A stretch of 44,525 nt of DNA from a virus (taxonomy: Duplodnaviria; Caudoviricetes). The notes beneath the pieces were generated by a model. It did no database searches, was not told the origin of the DNA, and worked only from the letters and a program-made list of their open reading frames with translations. The translations under genes and the position numbers were made by a program. Of the stretch, positions 8,359 to 18,152 are shown piece by piece. The stretch's first letter is position 1. Each line of letters opens with the position of its first letter. The stretch spans positions 1 through 44,525 of the IMG/VR virus record IMGVR_UViG_3300006127_000025. One strand, given 5' to 3'.

Positions 8359-10041
8359 TTAGAGATTTTTGAGTGTGTCTCTTATAAAACCGGCATAAAC
8401 TTCACCGCCATCTGCAAATTCCCACACATCACCATCAATAACTTCTAGTCCTGGTCTTTCCAAACCAGTCTCAATGATAGGTGCAGGTAGTGTTTCTTCA
8501 TCCAACTGGTTCAAATTCTCCAGCTGAATTTGTTTACGAATGTCGTGGTTAACAATGTCTTTGAAATACTTTTGACCTGTTGCCCACGCAAACATAACTA
8601 AACCCATTACTAAGTCATCATTGTGGCCATCGTCTGCCTTAAATGATGTTTTGTCGGCCACAAAAGTGGTTAATTCAGAAATGGTATCAAAATCATTAAC
8701 TATTAATTTATTACCTTCAATCAAAGTTTTAAGATTTGAACAACCAATTCGTTTTACAGCAACCGACATTTTGAGTCCTAATTGAACTCCTCTACCAAAA
8801 CCACCCGATAATTGTTGTGGTTTTTTATTACCCGTAAAGATTTTCATTAGATTTTCATACTCTAAATCTTGATGAATGATATCTGCTACGGTTGGATTTG
8901 TATTAATTTCTATTAAAATGTAAGCATCGTTATATAATCTGGCGGCATTATAAATGACCGTTGGGAACAACATGGCAGACATAGAAGTACTACGATAACT
9001 AGCCACCTGCTTATAAGGAGTGGTAGATATATCTATTACAGAGAAAGCTTGGGCGTCCAGATTTCGACCTTCGGACACATCAACCACAAGCATATACATG
9101 TGGTCTTTGGTGGTTTCATCGTTACCTTTGATTGGTTGTTCATAGATTTTCATCATATCAAAATCAGCAATTGGTTCTTGATAAACCAACTGTTGCAATT
9201 TAGTACCAGAAATCAAAGTATTGGTAGAACCTAAAAACTCAGTTTCAAACTCCTGACGGAATTGATGCTCTGATGTGTTACGGATTGTTTCTTCTTTCCA
9301 TGCCTCATCACGACCTGGTACCATAGACCAATGAACTTCAAATGGTACATAGTTGTTTTTCTTATTGATGGCGTCTGTCCAAATCTTATAGAACAGATTC
9401 ATACCATTAGGAGTAGAAACAATAATAATCTTAGTTTTAGTACCAGCAGTAATAACTGGATAAACTGAGGTAAAGAAGTCTGTGGCTATATTTGCCGGTA
9501 CGAAAGCAAACTCGTCTAAGAAAACAATGTTATACGAACCAGAACGAGCCGCTGAACTTGATGTGGAAGAAGCAACGATTACAGAACCGTTTTCTAATTC
9601 TACACGACCTTTGTTCCACTCAATCACACCTTGTTGTAACCACATAGGTAGATTTTCATAAGCCAACTGAAGTTTACCAAGAATGGCTCGAGCAGTTTCA
9701 CCTCGGTTAGCAAGAACGGCTACAGTTTGAGAATCTTGAAATAGAATAGTCCAAAGTAAATATGCCACCGTAGTGGTGGTTTTACCAACCTGACGAGGAC
9801 ATTTCATGATAGTAAAACGATTATTATTAAATGTTCTAATCATGTCCTCTTGGAAATCATACATTTTAAAATCAGTCACACCTTCATCAAGGGTAATAAT
9901 CTTAATGTATTTGGCAAAGTAAATTGGATCCTTTGCACACTTAATATATTCTTGGACTTGTTCTTCCGTAAATTCAACCTGAACACCTACTCGTTTTAGT
10001 AGAGGGTTATCTCGGTAACTTTGTTTATTTTTTGTTGCCAT
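8359..10041 (-). CDS. gp17: Terminase large subunit
   Basis: Walker A PRQVGKTT, Walker B IVFLDEFAF, coupling motif STPNG, nuclease acidic motifs DVSEG and HNDDLVM. Confidence 0.98.
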   Translation of the reverse strand: MATKNKQSYRDNPLLKRVGVQVEFTEEQVQEYIKCAKDPIYFAKYIKIITLDEGVTDFKMYDFQEDMIRTFNNNRFTIMKCPRQVGKTTTTVAYLLWTILFQDSQTVAVLANRGETARAILGKLQLAYENLPMWLQQGVIEWNKGRVELENGSVIVASSTSSSAARSGSYNIVFLDEFAFVPANIATDFFTSVYPVITAGTKTKIIIVSTPNGMNLFYKIWTDAINKKNNYVPFEVHWSMVPGRDEAWKEETIRNTSEHQFRQEFETEFLGSTNTLISGTKLQQLVYQEPIADFDMMKIYEQPIKGNDETTKDHMYMLVVDVSEGRNLDAQAFSVIDISTTPYKQVASYRSTSMSAMLFPTVIYNAARLYNDAYILIEINTNPTVADIIHQDLEYENLMKIFTGNKKPQQLSGGFGRGVQLGLKMSVAVKRIGCSNLKTLIEGNKLIVNDFDTISELTTFVADKTSFKADDGHNDDLVMGLVMFAWATGQKYFKDIVNHDIRKQIQLENLNQLDEETLPAPIIETGLERPGLEVIDGDVWEFADGGEVYAGFIRDTLKNL

Positions 10042-10483
10042 CTTTAATTAATTTTGCCAATTCTGTGGTTGAGCCAACAAAAATGGCTTTATCGATATTG
10101 GTACTAGAAGATGATTTTTCTTTCATACCAGACATTTCACGCATTTGCTTTTGTATATTTAGGAGTTCTTTATTGGCATCAACCACGTTTTTCAGTAGAG
10201 TACCATAAACTTCAAATGCTCTTGGGTGTTGTCCGGCTTTAGCAATGGTTAGAATTTCTTCCATTGCTTCTGTGCCTTGTTCAATTAGACCTTGAAGATT
10301 TTCTTTTGATTGTTGATAAGCATCAGTTAAATCTTGTTGTAGTTCTTCTTCAACATTTTCAGATTTAATTACTGGTAACACAGGATGTTTGTTTGTATTG
10401 GTATCATTAATACCAGAATCATTTAGAAATTCTTTTGGTGTTACATCAAAAATTTCTTCCATGGATTTTTCAAATTTGTTCAT
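10025..10483 (-). CDS. gp16: Terminase small subunit
   Basis: HPRAFEV and AIFVGSTTEL motifs; overlaps the gp17 start. Confidence 0.92.
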   Translation of the reverse strand: MNKFEKSMEEIFDVTPKEFLNDSGINDTNTNKHPVLPVIKSENVEEELQQDLTDAYQQSKENLQGLIEQGTEAMEEILTIAKAGQHPRAFEVYGTLLKNVVDANKELLNIQKQMREMSGMKEKSSSSTNIDKAIFVGSTTELAKLIKDGNKK

Positions 10484-10509
10484 ATTAAATTCCGTATGTG
10501 CCTTTTACT

Positions 10510-11517
10510 TTAAGTATTTGGATAATAAGATGATATATTAGGTGTTTCTTCAATAATTGTGGTAACAGCATATGAAGTGTTTGCATTGGCAGTAGTTGGA
10601 TTAGGCTCAATTATTATTTGAGCATAATTAATTGGATTTACTTGATAAGAACCAAACACATAGTTAGCATTAGATGCTCGACCAATTACTGGCAAATCAG
10701 ATACAAAATTACCTGAAACATCTGTTAATGTTAATTGATTATTATTCCAGTAAATAACTTTACCTGATGCGGTAGAAGTACCAGCAGAATAACCTTGATA
10801 TACTACTTCACCAATCTGATATGTTCCAATTCCTGGTGAGGTCATATTGAACACAATATTATCTGTTGATGAAATTGTATTGAGAATATTAGTAATAGAA
10901 GTTTTAATTAATCCAGTAGAACTAATATTACCATAAATGAAACCTTTAACTGTAAAGTTAAGTGTCCAAATAATCATACGAGTTTCTACTGTATGTGCAT
11001 CACCTTCATATTCAATTTCTTGATTGGCAGAATTTAAAATAATAGGAACTTCTTTAACTACTCCCATCTCAGGAATTAAATTCAATTTGATTGTATAATC
11101 TGGTGCAAAATAAGGAATAATATGTTCTACAATTTGAGTACCATCTTCAATGTTACGAACATAGATGTATAAATTAAAATCAAAATTATATGGTACTGGA
11201 TTATATTGAGAAACAACACCTTCTGATGTTGAAGCAAAATTTTTAATATTTGTATTTTGTTTTCTGGTAGCATCATAAGTCATACCAGTCATCTCAAAAG
11301 ACATTTTAGGTAATGCAGTTTGAATCTTCTTATCTAAATTTGGATCATCTTCAAGACGCTTAACATACATCTCTTTGGCTGCATAAACAATAGGCACAAG
11401 CATACGTTGTGCTTCTGAATTATCAGGATTGTAACGCACTAAAGTAATGTTATCAAATAGGTTACCAAAACCTACAACTAACTTACGAATCACTCTATTG
11501 TATGTTGTATTTGCCAT
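10510..11517 (-). CDS. gp15: Tail sheath stabiliser / tail terminator with an extra C-terminal domain
   Basis: FGNLFDNI, LPKMSFE, QIVEHIIPYFAP and IIWTLNFTVKG motifs; synteny. Confidence 0.93.
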   Translation of the reverse strand: MANTTYNRVIRKLVVGFGNLFDNITLVRYNPDNSEAQRMLVPIVYAAKEMYVKRLEDDPNLDKKIQTALPKMSFEMTGMTYDATRKQNTNIKNFASTSEGVVSQYNPVPYNFDFNLYIYVRNIEDGTQIVEHIIPYFAPDYTIKLNLIPEMGVVKEVPIILNSANQEIEYEGDAHTVETRMIIWTLNFTVKGFIYGNISSTGLIKTSITNILNTISSTDNIVFNMTSPGIGTYQIGEVVYQGYSAGTSTASGKVIYWNNNQLTLTDVSGNFVSDLPVIGRASNANYVFGSYQVNPINYAQIIIEPNPTTANANTSYAVTTIIEETPNISSYYPNT

Positions 11518-12677
11518 TAGATACTACCAAAAGGATTAGATTCAGATAAATCCAAAATTGAATTTGCTGAAGTTGCCAAATAAGAGTTATCATAGTTCTC
11601 TTTCTTGGCAGGATTATTTAAAGGATCAAAACTAATCAATGTGTATTGTGCATTAGAAGATGAACCATATACAAACCGGCCATCAATAAATTCACCAGCA
11701 ATATTGTTCAATGATAACACATCTGTACCTTGTGCCCATGATTGAACAAATCCAAGTGCTGTAGCATTGGCTTGTGTAGTATCTGGTGATTGATAGACCA
11801 ATTCACCAACATTATAATCAACACCATTAGAACCAGACAACGGTGCAGAGAATGTGGTTACTGTACCTGATGTGGTGTTTCCAGTTTTAATTTGATATAA
11901 AGAACCAGAAATAATAATTTGTGTAACTGGTTGCTGAATATATGTAGTATTATTCATCACATAACTAAAATAATCACCTACTTTTAAACTCTGTAAAATA
12001 GGAATTAATGTAGAGTCGGTAGTATTAATATTTAAATAACCATTATTGTATACTGCAGCAGACCAATTGATTGGTTTGTAAATATGGAACAAACGACCGT
12101 CTAAATTCAAATGTGTGGTGTAACCAGAATCAGAAACAACAATATCAATATCTGCCACACCAGTTTGAATAATTTCTTGTGAGTATTTGTATTTCTCTAG
12201 AACCAATTCATAGAAATATGGGTATTTTTTACCCAACATATTAAAGTCTTTATTGTGTTCTACAAATTTAATTTCAAATAATTCACCAACACCATTGGTA
12301 ACTGGTACATATACTAAATCACCTTCTCGTGGTCTAGTAAAAGTATTCTGTGGAACTCTTTGTTGAAATGACCTGCGAGAACAAATTACATTCAAATCAT
12401 CTTTAATTTCTAAACCAAATTTGGTAAATATATCACGCTGACCAATGTAATCAGTTGGGTCAGAAGAAATATACATTTCCAATGGAAACGCATCTTGAAA
12501 TTTTTTGACTGGATCTTCACCATATAGAAGGTCACGAGCAGCATCATTACTATTAGGTAAGTAATATGCGTCAAATCCCATAATCTTTATGGACTCAACG
12601 ATTAAATTTTCTATGACTCTTTGTTCCGGCTTAGCGGCCGTGCCATAGTTATTAAAGTATTTGTTTACGCCGGTCAT
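11517..12677 (-). CDS. gp14: Neck (head completion) protein with insertions
   Basis: ESIKIMG.D.YYLP, KFGLEI.D, RPREGDLVY and C-terminal DLSESNPFG motifs. Confidence 0.93.
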   Translation of the reverse strand: MTGVNKYFNNYGTAAKPEQRVIENLIVESIKIMGFDAYYLPNSNDAARDLLYGEDPVKKFQDAFPLEMYISSDPTDYIGQRDIFTKFGLEIKDDLNVICSRRSFQQRVPQNTFTRPREGDLVYVPVTNGVGELFEIKFVEHNKDFNMLGKKYPYFYELVLEKYKYSQEIIQTGVADIDIVVSDSGYTTHLNLDGRLFHIYKPINWSAAVYNNGYLNINTTDSTLIPILQSLKVGDYFSYVMNNTTYIQQPVTQIIISGSLYQIKTGNTTSGTVTTFSAPLSGSNGVDYNVGELVYQSPDTTQANATALGFVQSWAQGTDVLSLNNIAGEFIDGRFVYGSSSNAQYTLISFDPLNNPAKKENYDNSYLATSANSILDLSESNPFGSI

Positions 12678-12678
12678 A

Positions 12679-13452
12679 TTAGTTGAGCATGAATTCTGCG
12701 GGGAGTTCGTATTTGTCTTGAATCTCTTGTTCTAACCTTTGAATTTCAGACACGGCTTCATCGTAAGTTTCTTTACCATTTAGTGTAACACCACCTGGTA
12801 ATTGTAGGCCACCGAATTTTTTCATGTTTTCTCCCCAAGTTCTCTTGATGAGTTGAGTGGCATATTCTTTTAACCAGCGGTCTTCCCATACTTGTGGGTA
12901 AACATCCGGATTAATATTGGCATAACATTCGGCAATAACAGTTTGACCTACTGGACACTCAGAAGCACCCCACGCCCAATCAATATAGAGACGTTGCATA
13001 TGACGGTTAAAACGAATAGGAACTTCTCCAGTAAACAACAGTTCTAATGAACGTAGATGTTGCATCGTCAAGGTATAGTTGATGTATGATGCGGAGGTGA
13101 AGTCGTAGAGTTCGTTTAGACGGAGTTGATATCTGAGGTCAAACATATTGATGGATGCCTGAGAATCGGAGAGTGGAAATATACGAGTAACACCAAGAAT
13201 CTGAAGGGCATTGTTGGCATTATCTTCAGCATCCGTGAGGTCCAAGTACATATTATGAATGTCTTGTTGCTGGATTGCTTTAATGTAATAAAATTTTTGG
13301 ACTCCATCATAATGGTAATCCTGCCAGTATTGAATGGCATCATCAATACGGTCTGATACCTGTTCTGGATCCACGTTAATTTCGATGACTGGAGCACCTA
13401 AGCGGCGCAAACAGTAATCTGCAAATTGTTGTCTGGTTTGTACGGTTGCCAT
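12679..13452 (-). CDS. gp13: Neck protein
   Basis: YCLRRLGAPVIEINV and WGENMKKF.G.QLPGGVTLNG motifs; ATG at 13452 with AGGAG SD. Confidence 0.96.
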   Translation of the reverse strand: MATVQTRQQFADYCLRRLGAPVIEINVDPEQVSDRIDDAIQYWQDYHYDGVQKFYYIKAIQQQDIHNMYLDLTDAEDNANNALQILGVTRIFPLSDSQASINMFDLRYQLRLNELYDFTSASYINYTLTMQHLRSLELLFTGEVPIRFNRHMQRLYIDWAWGASECPVGQTVIAECYANINPDVYPQVWEDRWLKEYATQLIKRTWGENMKKFGGLQLPGGVTLNGKETYDEAVSEIQRLEQEIQDKYELPAEFMLN

Positions 13453-13473
13453 CAAATCTCTCCTATGATGGAC

Positions 13474-13481
13474 TATTTATA
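13474..13481 (-). promoter_or_regulatory. T4-type late promoter TATAAATA upstream of gp13
   Basis: Exact motif in the intergenic gap. Confidence 0.85.
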
Positions 13482-13491
13482 TGGTATGGTA

Positions 13492-13869
13492 TTAGGCAGT
13501 ATTTGCCGTAAAACTATTTGGGGGTGTTGGCCAAGTAACATTAATTAGTGTACCATATTCATCCACTTGAGGATTAGCAGTGTTTGGTAAATCTCTTAAT
13601 TGTTGCCGATATGTTATCCAAGAACTTTTATCTGGATGATTGTAATCCGATAGTCCCCATGGCATATCGCATTGAGATAATAAACTATTTCTTTTCCATC
13701 TTAATTGAGTCATTGCTGGAACTATTGGTGCAGGTAGCGGTGTGTTTCCTTGTGCTAACCATTGTTCATATAAATTCCAATCATATGGATTTGCAACTTT
13801 ATGAATAACCACATTACCTTCAATTAACACAATAATATTTGGATCATTATTAAATAATAGTTTATACAT
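13492..13869 (-). CDS. Tail fibre assembly chaperone-like protein
   Basis: LR..RN.LL...D, W..YRQQLRDLP and WP.PP motifs typical of phage tail assembly chaperones; also Y..WLAQGNTP.PA. Confidence 0.75.
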   Translation of the reverse strand: MYKLLFNNDPNIIVLIEGNVVIHKVANPYDWNLYEQWLAQGNTPLPAPIVPAMTQLRWKRNSLLSQCDMPWGLSDYNHPDKSSWITYRQQLRDLPNTANPQVDEYGTLINVTWPTPPNSFTANTA

Positions 13870-14485
13870 TTAATTTTCCTTCCAATTCACTCACACGTTT
13901 TCTTAAATCTTGAACTTCTGCCAATAATATAACAGATAATTTTTCATAATCAACATTACGAACAACTGGTTGTCCTAATTCTTCAATCGTAATTCCTAAT
14001 TCTGGTAAAACTTTTGCTGTATCTTCAGCAATAAGACCAATCTGTAATTCTGCCGCATTGTTTTTACCTAATTTTTTCCACTCATCTTTGTATTGATAAG
14101 TAACAGGTTTTAATAAATCAATTGCACCAGGAGTTGGTTTGTAATCTGTGATGTTTTGTTTGTATTCTTTAGAAGAACCGGAAGAATAAAATGAGCCTAC
14201 TACATGTAAATTATAACTTGGTGATTGTGTACCAATACCTAAAGCATTTGAATGATATCCTGTTGCACCCATTGAAGAATAAACCGCTTGATTACTACCA
14301 CCTTGCATAAACAAATATGGACTATTGGTTGCACTGCCGCCAGCATATTCTCTAAAAGTATAAGTATCTCCAGCTGTGATTGTTGATCCGTCCGCGCTGG
14401 TTGTTCCACGAAATACCATATAGTGGTAATTATCAAGATTACACCCATGTTGTGAATAACCACCTGAATTGTCCATAAAAGACAT
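13862..14485 (-). CDS. Short fibre-tip protein with C-terminal intramolecular chaperone (peptidase S74-like)
   Basis: SSKEYKQNI, L.PVTYQYK, IGLIAED..PEL and VDYEKL followed by a coiled coil; one GIGT.SP fibre motif; AGGAG SD. Confidence 0.75.
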   Translation of the reverse strand: MSFMDNSGGYSQHGCNLDNYHYMVFRGTTSADGSTITAGDTYTFREYAGGSATNSPYLFMQGGSNQAVYSSMGATGYHSNALGIGTQSPSYNLHVVGSFYSSGSSKEYKQNITDYKPTPGAIDLLKPVTYQYKDEWKKLGKNNAAELQIGLIAEDTAKVLPELGITIEELGQPVVRNVDYEKLSVILLAEVQDLRKRVSELEGKLNV

Positions 14486-14486
14486 A

Positions 14487-15602
14487 TTATTCTCCTACCT
14501 CAGTAATATTAAATTTATATTTTTTGCCTGTTATTCTATTAATTAAAAATAAATTAACATCACCCTCTTGTAATACCCAATGACCTCTTGTACCATCAAC
14601 TTCATTAGGAGCCAAACTTTCATCTGTGTTATCCATAATAATGTCGCCCGTTAGGAAGGCTGTTGCTGCGGCAGTTCCGTTAACGTGTAATGGATATGAT
14701 GGTGTTTTGCCAATACCCAATTGGCCACTTGTGTTGAGCGTCATAGCTAAACTGTTGTTTGTATACCATTGTTGTTGGCCACGAGTTAAATTATAACCAA
14801 GCCATTGTGTATTACCACTACCTGCACCACCCAACCAAAATTGAAGTCCTGCAGAGTTTGCAATGGAAGACATTGAATTTTTAATTGTACTATACTGCGC
14901 TGTGTTACCATTATATACAAAATTTAAACCTTCAGCAAAAGTACCATCAACACCGCCATTATAAACAGCTGCGGAACCATACACGGATAATTTTGAAGAT
15001 GTTAATTGAGATGTTCCACCTACCAATAAATTACCAGAAGAATCAATACGCATACGTTCAATAGCAGCAGAAGCAGCAGAACCATCATTAATTCTGAACA
15101 CCAATCTACCTTTATTTGTGGCTCCATCATATTCACCTGCTAAATTAACATAACGAACAGTTGCTGCACCAAAATCTAATATACCGCCTTGAGTTGAAGT
15201 ATTTCCATAAATTTCAATAGAACCATAACCACCAGCAGAATTGAAAACAGTAAGTGTGTTGTTTAATCCAGAGTTAATTGCTGGACTACTCGTTCCAATA
15301 CCCACTTGCTGATTTGAATTAATGTATAGAGCATTTGTATTAGCCGTCTGTAACGCTAATGTACTTGGTCCATTTAATATAGGACTGCTTACAGAAGTAC
15401 TTGTAATAATTGATGTATTAACAATCTCTTGATTAACTGTCGTGGTTGTACCTTGAACAACCAAGTTACCAGACATTGTTGTGGTACCAGAAAATACCAA
15501 ATTAGGTTGTAACTGAGCAGATGTAATTAGTCCAACAATACCTGTGTTAGCAACACCTGATGTTGGAGAAACTTCATTGGCGGTAATTAGTTGTTGAGAC
15601 AT
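14487..15602 (-). CDS. Modular tail fibre / RBP (371 aa)
   Basis: VGIGT.SP and ERMRIDSSGN fibre repeats; C-terminal NEVDGTRGHWVLQEG..LFLIN..GKKYKF motif of the type found at the ends of cyanophage fibres. Confidence 0.8.
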   Translation of the reverse strand: MSQQLITANEVSPTSGVANTGIVGLITSAQLQPNLVFSGTTTMSGNLVVQGTTTTVNQEIVNTSIITSTSVSSPILNGPSTLALQTANTNALYINSNQQVGIGTSSPAINSGLNNTLTVFNSAGGYGSIEIYGNTSTQGGILDFGAATVRYVNLAGEYDGATNKGRLVFRINDGSAASAAIERMRIDSSGNLLVGGTSQLTSSKLSVYGSAAVYNGGVDGTFAEGLNFVYNGNTAQYSTIKNSMSSIANSAGLQFWLGGAGSGNTQWLGYNLTRGQQQWYTNNSLAMTLNTSGQLGIGKTPSYPLHVNGTAAATAFLTGDIIMDNTDESLAPNEVDGTRGHWVLQEGDVNLFLINRITGKKYKFNITEVGE

Positions 15603-15614
15603 TTATTTTTTTAA

Positions 15615-15881
15615 TTAATTTGAAATTTGTTGAACCAATTGTTCTTGAGTTCTTTGGTAAGCGGATTTAATATCCACATTTAAAACAATTTCCTCATGTG
15701 TTGTACCAGCAATTGGCTGACCATTTTTTAACTGCTCTTGAACATGGTTATTTACAATTTCATCCATTGCAATTCTACAACGATTATGAACTGCATTATC
15801 AATCCATTCTTGTGCCGAATTGGCTACATAATGAATAGCTTTATCTTCTGCATCTGTTAATGTTACTGTATATGTTGCCAT
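15615..15881 (-). CDS. Small fibre-associated protein (partner of the 749-aa fibre)
   Basis: 88 aa with AAGGAA SD; QEWIDNAVHNRCRIA motif; function unknown. Confidence 0.7.
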   Translation of the reverse strand: MATYTVTLTDAEDKAIHYVANSAQEWIDNAVHNRCRIAMDEIVNNHVQEQLKNGQPIAGTTHEEIVLNVDIKSAYQRTQEQLVQQISN

Positions 15882-15895
15882 TTTATTTCCTTAAA

Positions 15896-18145
15896 TTATC
15901 CTATTAAAAATCCTGACCAGTAAGTGTGGCCACTATAAACATTTGGACTGGCAGAGCCAGTTCTTAAACCCATTTGTACATAATCATTTGCATTTAAGTA
16001 TATAATAAATGCCCAAGACATCATGGTTGAACTCGCAATCATCTGCAATGCGTCAGCGGGGTAGTATCCAGCCCCGTTTTTGTAGACTTGATAATTTGCA
16101 CCAGCAGTATTAAAATCATACACTTGGAACGTAAATGAATAATACCCTGCTACTGGAGCTGTAAACGTGCCATTACTATATCCAGAAGTTCTAGTTGAAG
16201 GTTGTGATGGTGTAGTAACAAGACCTCCACCAAAAGTTGAACCAGCGGTATAACTTCCACCGGTAACTGAAGAGAAAAATGAAGGTTGGTAAGGTGTTAA
16301 CACGGCGCCAGTACTTGTAATTGTTGCGCAATAATCAGGTGCTGCTATAGCTAATCTGAATTTAATACCAGTAGCACCATATGATGAACCTAAATATAAG
16401 TTTGTTCCATCATTAACCAAGTATCCAGCGGTTGAAGTTGAACCGTTAGGATTTAATTGGATACCTGTTGTGCCACTTGATTGAATGTTTAACTGAAAAT
16501 TACCTGATGAACATCCAATATTTAAATGTCCGCTAGAATCAAGACGCATCCGTTCTGCAATATTTGAGCCACCATTAGATGTTTCAAATAATAAAGCTCC
16601 AGCTTCAGAACCTGCTGTAGTTGTTGTGAATGCTCCCTGAATAGCAGCAAATCTAAATCTATTTGATGCACTATTTGGACCAGCAAAGTTTAGACCTGGA
16701 TTAGTTGTATATCCAGCCAAATACAAAGTATCGTAATCACCTTGAATCAAAGCATTTGGGTAAACTTGGCTTGACCCTGAGTAATATGTTGTGGATGTTG
16801 TAGTATTAACTAACACTTGACCAGACGAATTAATACGCATAGCTTCTGTCCCACCAACCAACCAGCGGTGGGCCAAAGGTACACCAGCATTATTAACGTA
16901 GGCAGAGTTATACCAAGCTCCTGTGCCATCTGTACCTATATTTAATGCCTGTGCTCCAGATCCAGAACCAAACACTACCGATCCTGTAGTCATGTTACCA
17001 GATGTAATTGGGCTTTGAGCTGATCCTTGATTTACTGACAAAACAGAAGTAGCTTGAGTAGCAGCAGATCCCACATATAAGTGGCTTCCATCAAAACTTA
17101 AATTAGCAGAACCAGCAAAACTGCCAGAGCTATTGTATTGTATATAATTATTTGAGCCGCCTGGGGTTACACCAGCAACAGCTGTGTATTGCAAACCAGT
17201 ACCAGTAGACTGCAAGAAATAACCAGAAGTACCAACTGTAGACAAGCCAGTACCACCATAAGCAACACCTAAAGCATTTGTTAGATTTAATGTTGGTAAA
17301 GTCCATGTACCACTAGAGTTTACAGAACCTAATGATGAACTACCCACACCACCATTATAGAATGTAAGACCTGCACCAGAACCAACAGAAATTCTTCCTG
17401 TGGATCCTGAATAATCCATTACAATACCAGATGTATATGATCCTAAAAATGCTCCTGTGGAATATAATCCATTGTTAGCAACTTCTGAATTAACATAAGT
17501 TGTGTTACCGGCAACAGTTAAGTTACCAGCAACTACCACGTTAGCGGCAAATGTTGATGTACCTGTAAATGTTAAATTAGAACTTAATTTGGCAGATGTA
17601 ATTGAAGCATCATTAGGAACTCCAATAGAAGTAAGTGCAATACCTTGAGCACGAATTCTAGTACCTGCTGGTGGAGTAAAGTTCAAATAAAGATTAGAAC
17701 CATTTACATAATAATCATATTGTACAACACCGTTTGCTGTAACAATTAATGAGTTAGAAGAAACCGGTGGAGCAACCAATGTGATTACGTTTTGTGTACC
17801 ATTGGTAATTGTGTTGGTTACAAATGTATTAGCAATTTGTAACGAGAGCATCGATTGTGTAATACTCTGTGAAGATGGCACATTCACCTGAGAAGCAATA
17901 CCAAGATAGTTCACTTCGATTGGGGAGTTGGCTGCTGGTGCTGCTGAGAGTATTAATTGATTACCAATTAGGTAGTATGCTGGATTGGTTGTCGAAGCAA
18001 CTTGTTTAACGCCACCAATATACACCAGAATCGATGTGGCGGATGCTGGAGTATATGATAAAGTAAATGTCGTAGATGTACCATCGCCTGTGAAATAATC
18101 CACAGGATAATTCATTGACGATAAAGGATTTCCTAGATAAGACAT
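15896..18145 (-). CDS. Modular tail fibre / RBP (749 aa) with two N-terminal beta domains and a C1q-like tip
   Basis: MSYLG..., FTGDG..TTFTL..V.IGGV.Q..Y domains; E.MRI.SSG repeats; C-terminal PSF...GTFTAPVAGYYSF...LNANDYV...WSGFLIG is C1q/TNF-like. Confidence 0.8.
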   Translation of the reverse strand: MSYLGNPLSSMNYPVDYFTGDGTSTTFTLSYTPASATSILVYIGGVKQVASTTNPAYYLIGNQLILSAAPAANSPIEVNYLGIASQVNVPSSQSITQSMLSLQIANTFVTNTITNGTQNVITLVAPPVSSNSLIVTANGVVQYDYYVNGSNLYLNFTPPAGTRIRAQGIALTSIGVPNDASITSAKLSSNLTFTGTSTFAANVVVAGNLTVAGNTTYVNSEVANNGLYSTGAFLGSYTSGIVMDYSGSTGRISVGSGAGLTFYNGGVGSSSLGSVNSSGTWTLPTLNLTNALGVAYGGTGLSTVGTSGYFLQSTGTGLQYTAVAGVTPGGSNNYIQYNSSGSFAGSANLSFDGSHLYVGSAATQATSVLSVNQGSAQSPITSGNMTTGSVVFGSGSGAQALNIGTDGTGAWYNSAYVNNAGVPLAHRWLVGGTEAMRINSSGQVLVNTTTSTTYYSGSSQVYPNALIQGDYDTLYLAGYTTNPGLNFAGPNSASNRFRFAAIQGAFTTTTAGSEAGALLFETSNGGSNIAERMRLDSSGHLNIGCSSGNFQLNIQSSGTTGIQLNPNGSTSTAGYLVNDGTNLYLGSSYGATGIKFRLAIAAPDYCATITSTGAVLTPYQPSFFSSVTGGSYTAGSTFGGGLVTTPSQPSTRTSGYSNGTFTAPVAGYYSFTFQVYDFNTAGANYQVYKNGAGYYPADALQMIASSTMMSWAFIIYLNANDYVQMGLRTGSASPNVYSGHTYWSGFLIG

Positions 18146-18152
18146 GTTTTAT

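Noticed and set aside
4244-10041. Introns, inteins or homing endonucleases in gp17-gp20
   Set aside because: The ORFs are uninterrupted and of ordinary length; no HNH, GIY-YIG, LAGLIDADG or intein motifs seen.
14461-14500. Programmed frameshift or readthrough fusing the 371-aa fibre to the 207-aa protein
   Set aside because: The downstream ORF has its own SD and ATG and no slippery heptamer is evident; translational coupling is the simpler explanation.
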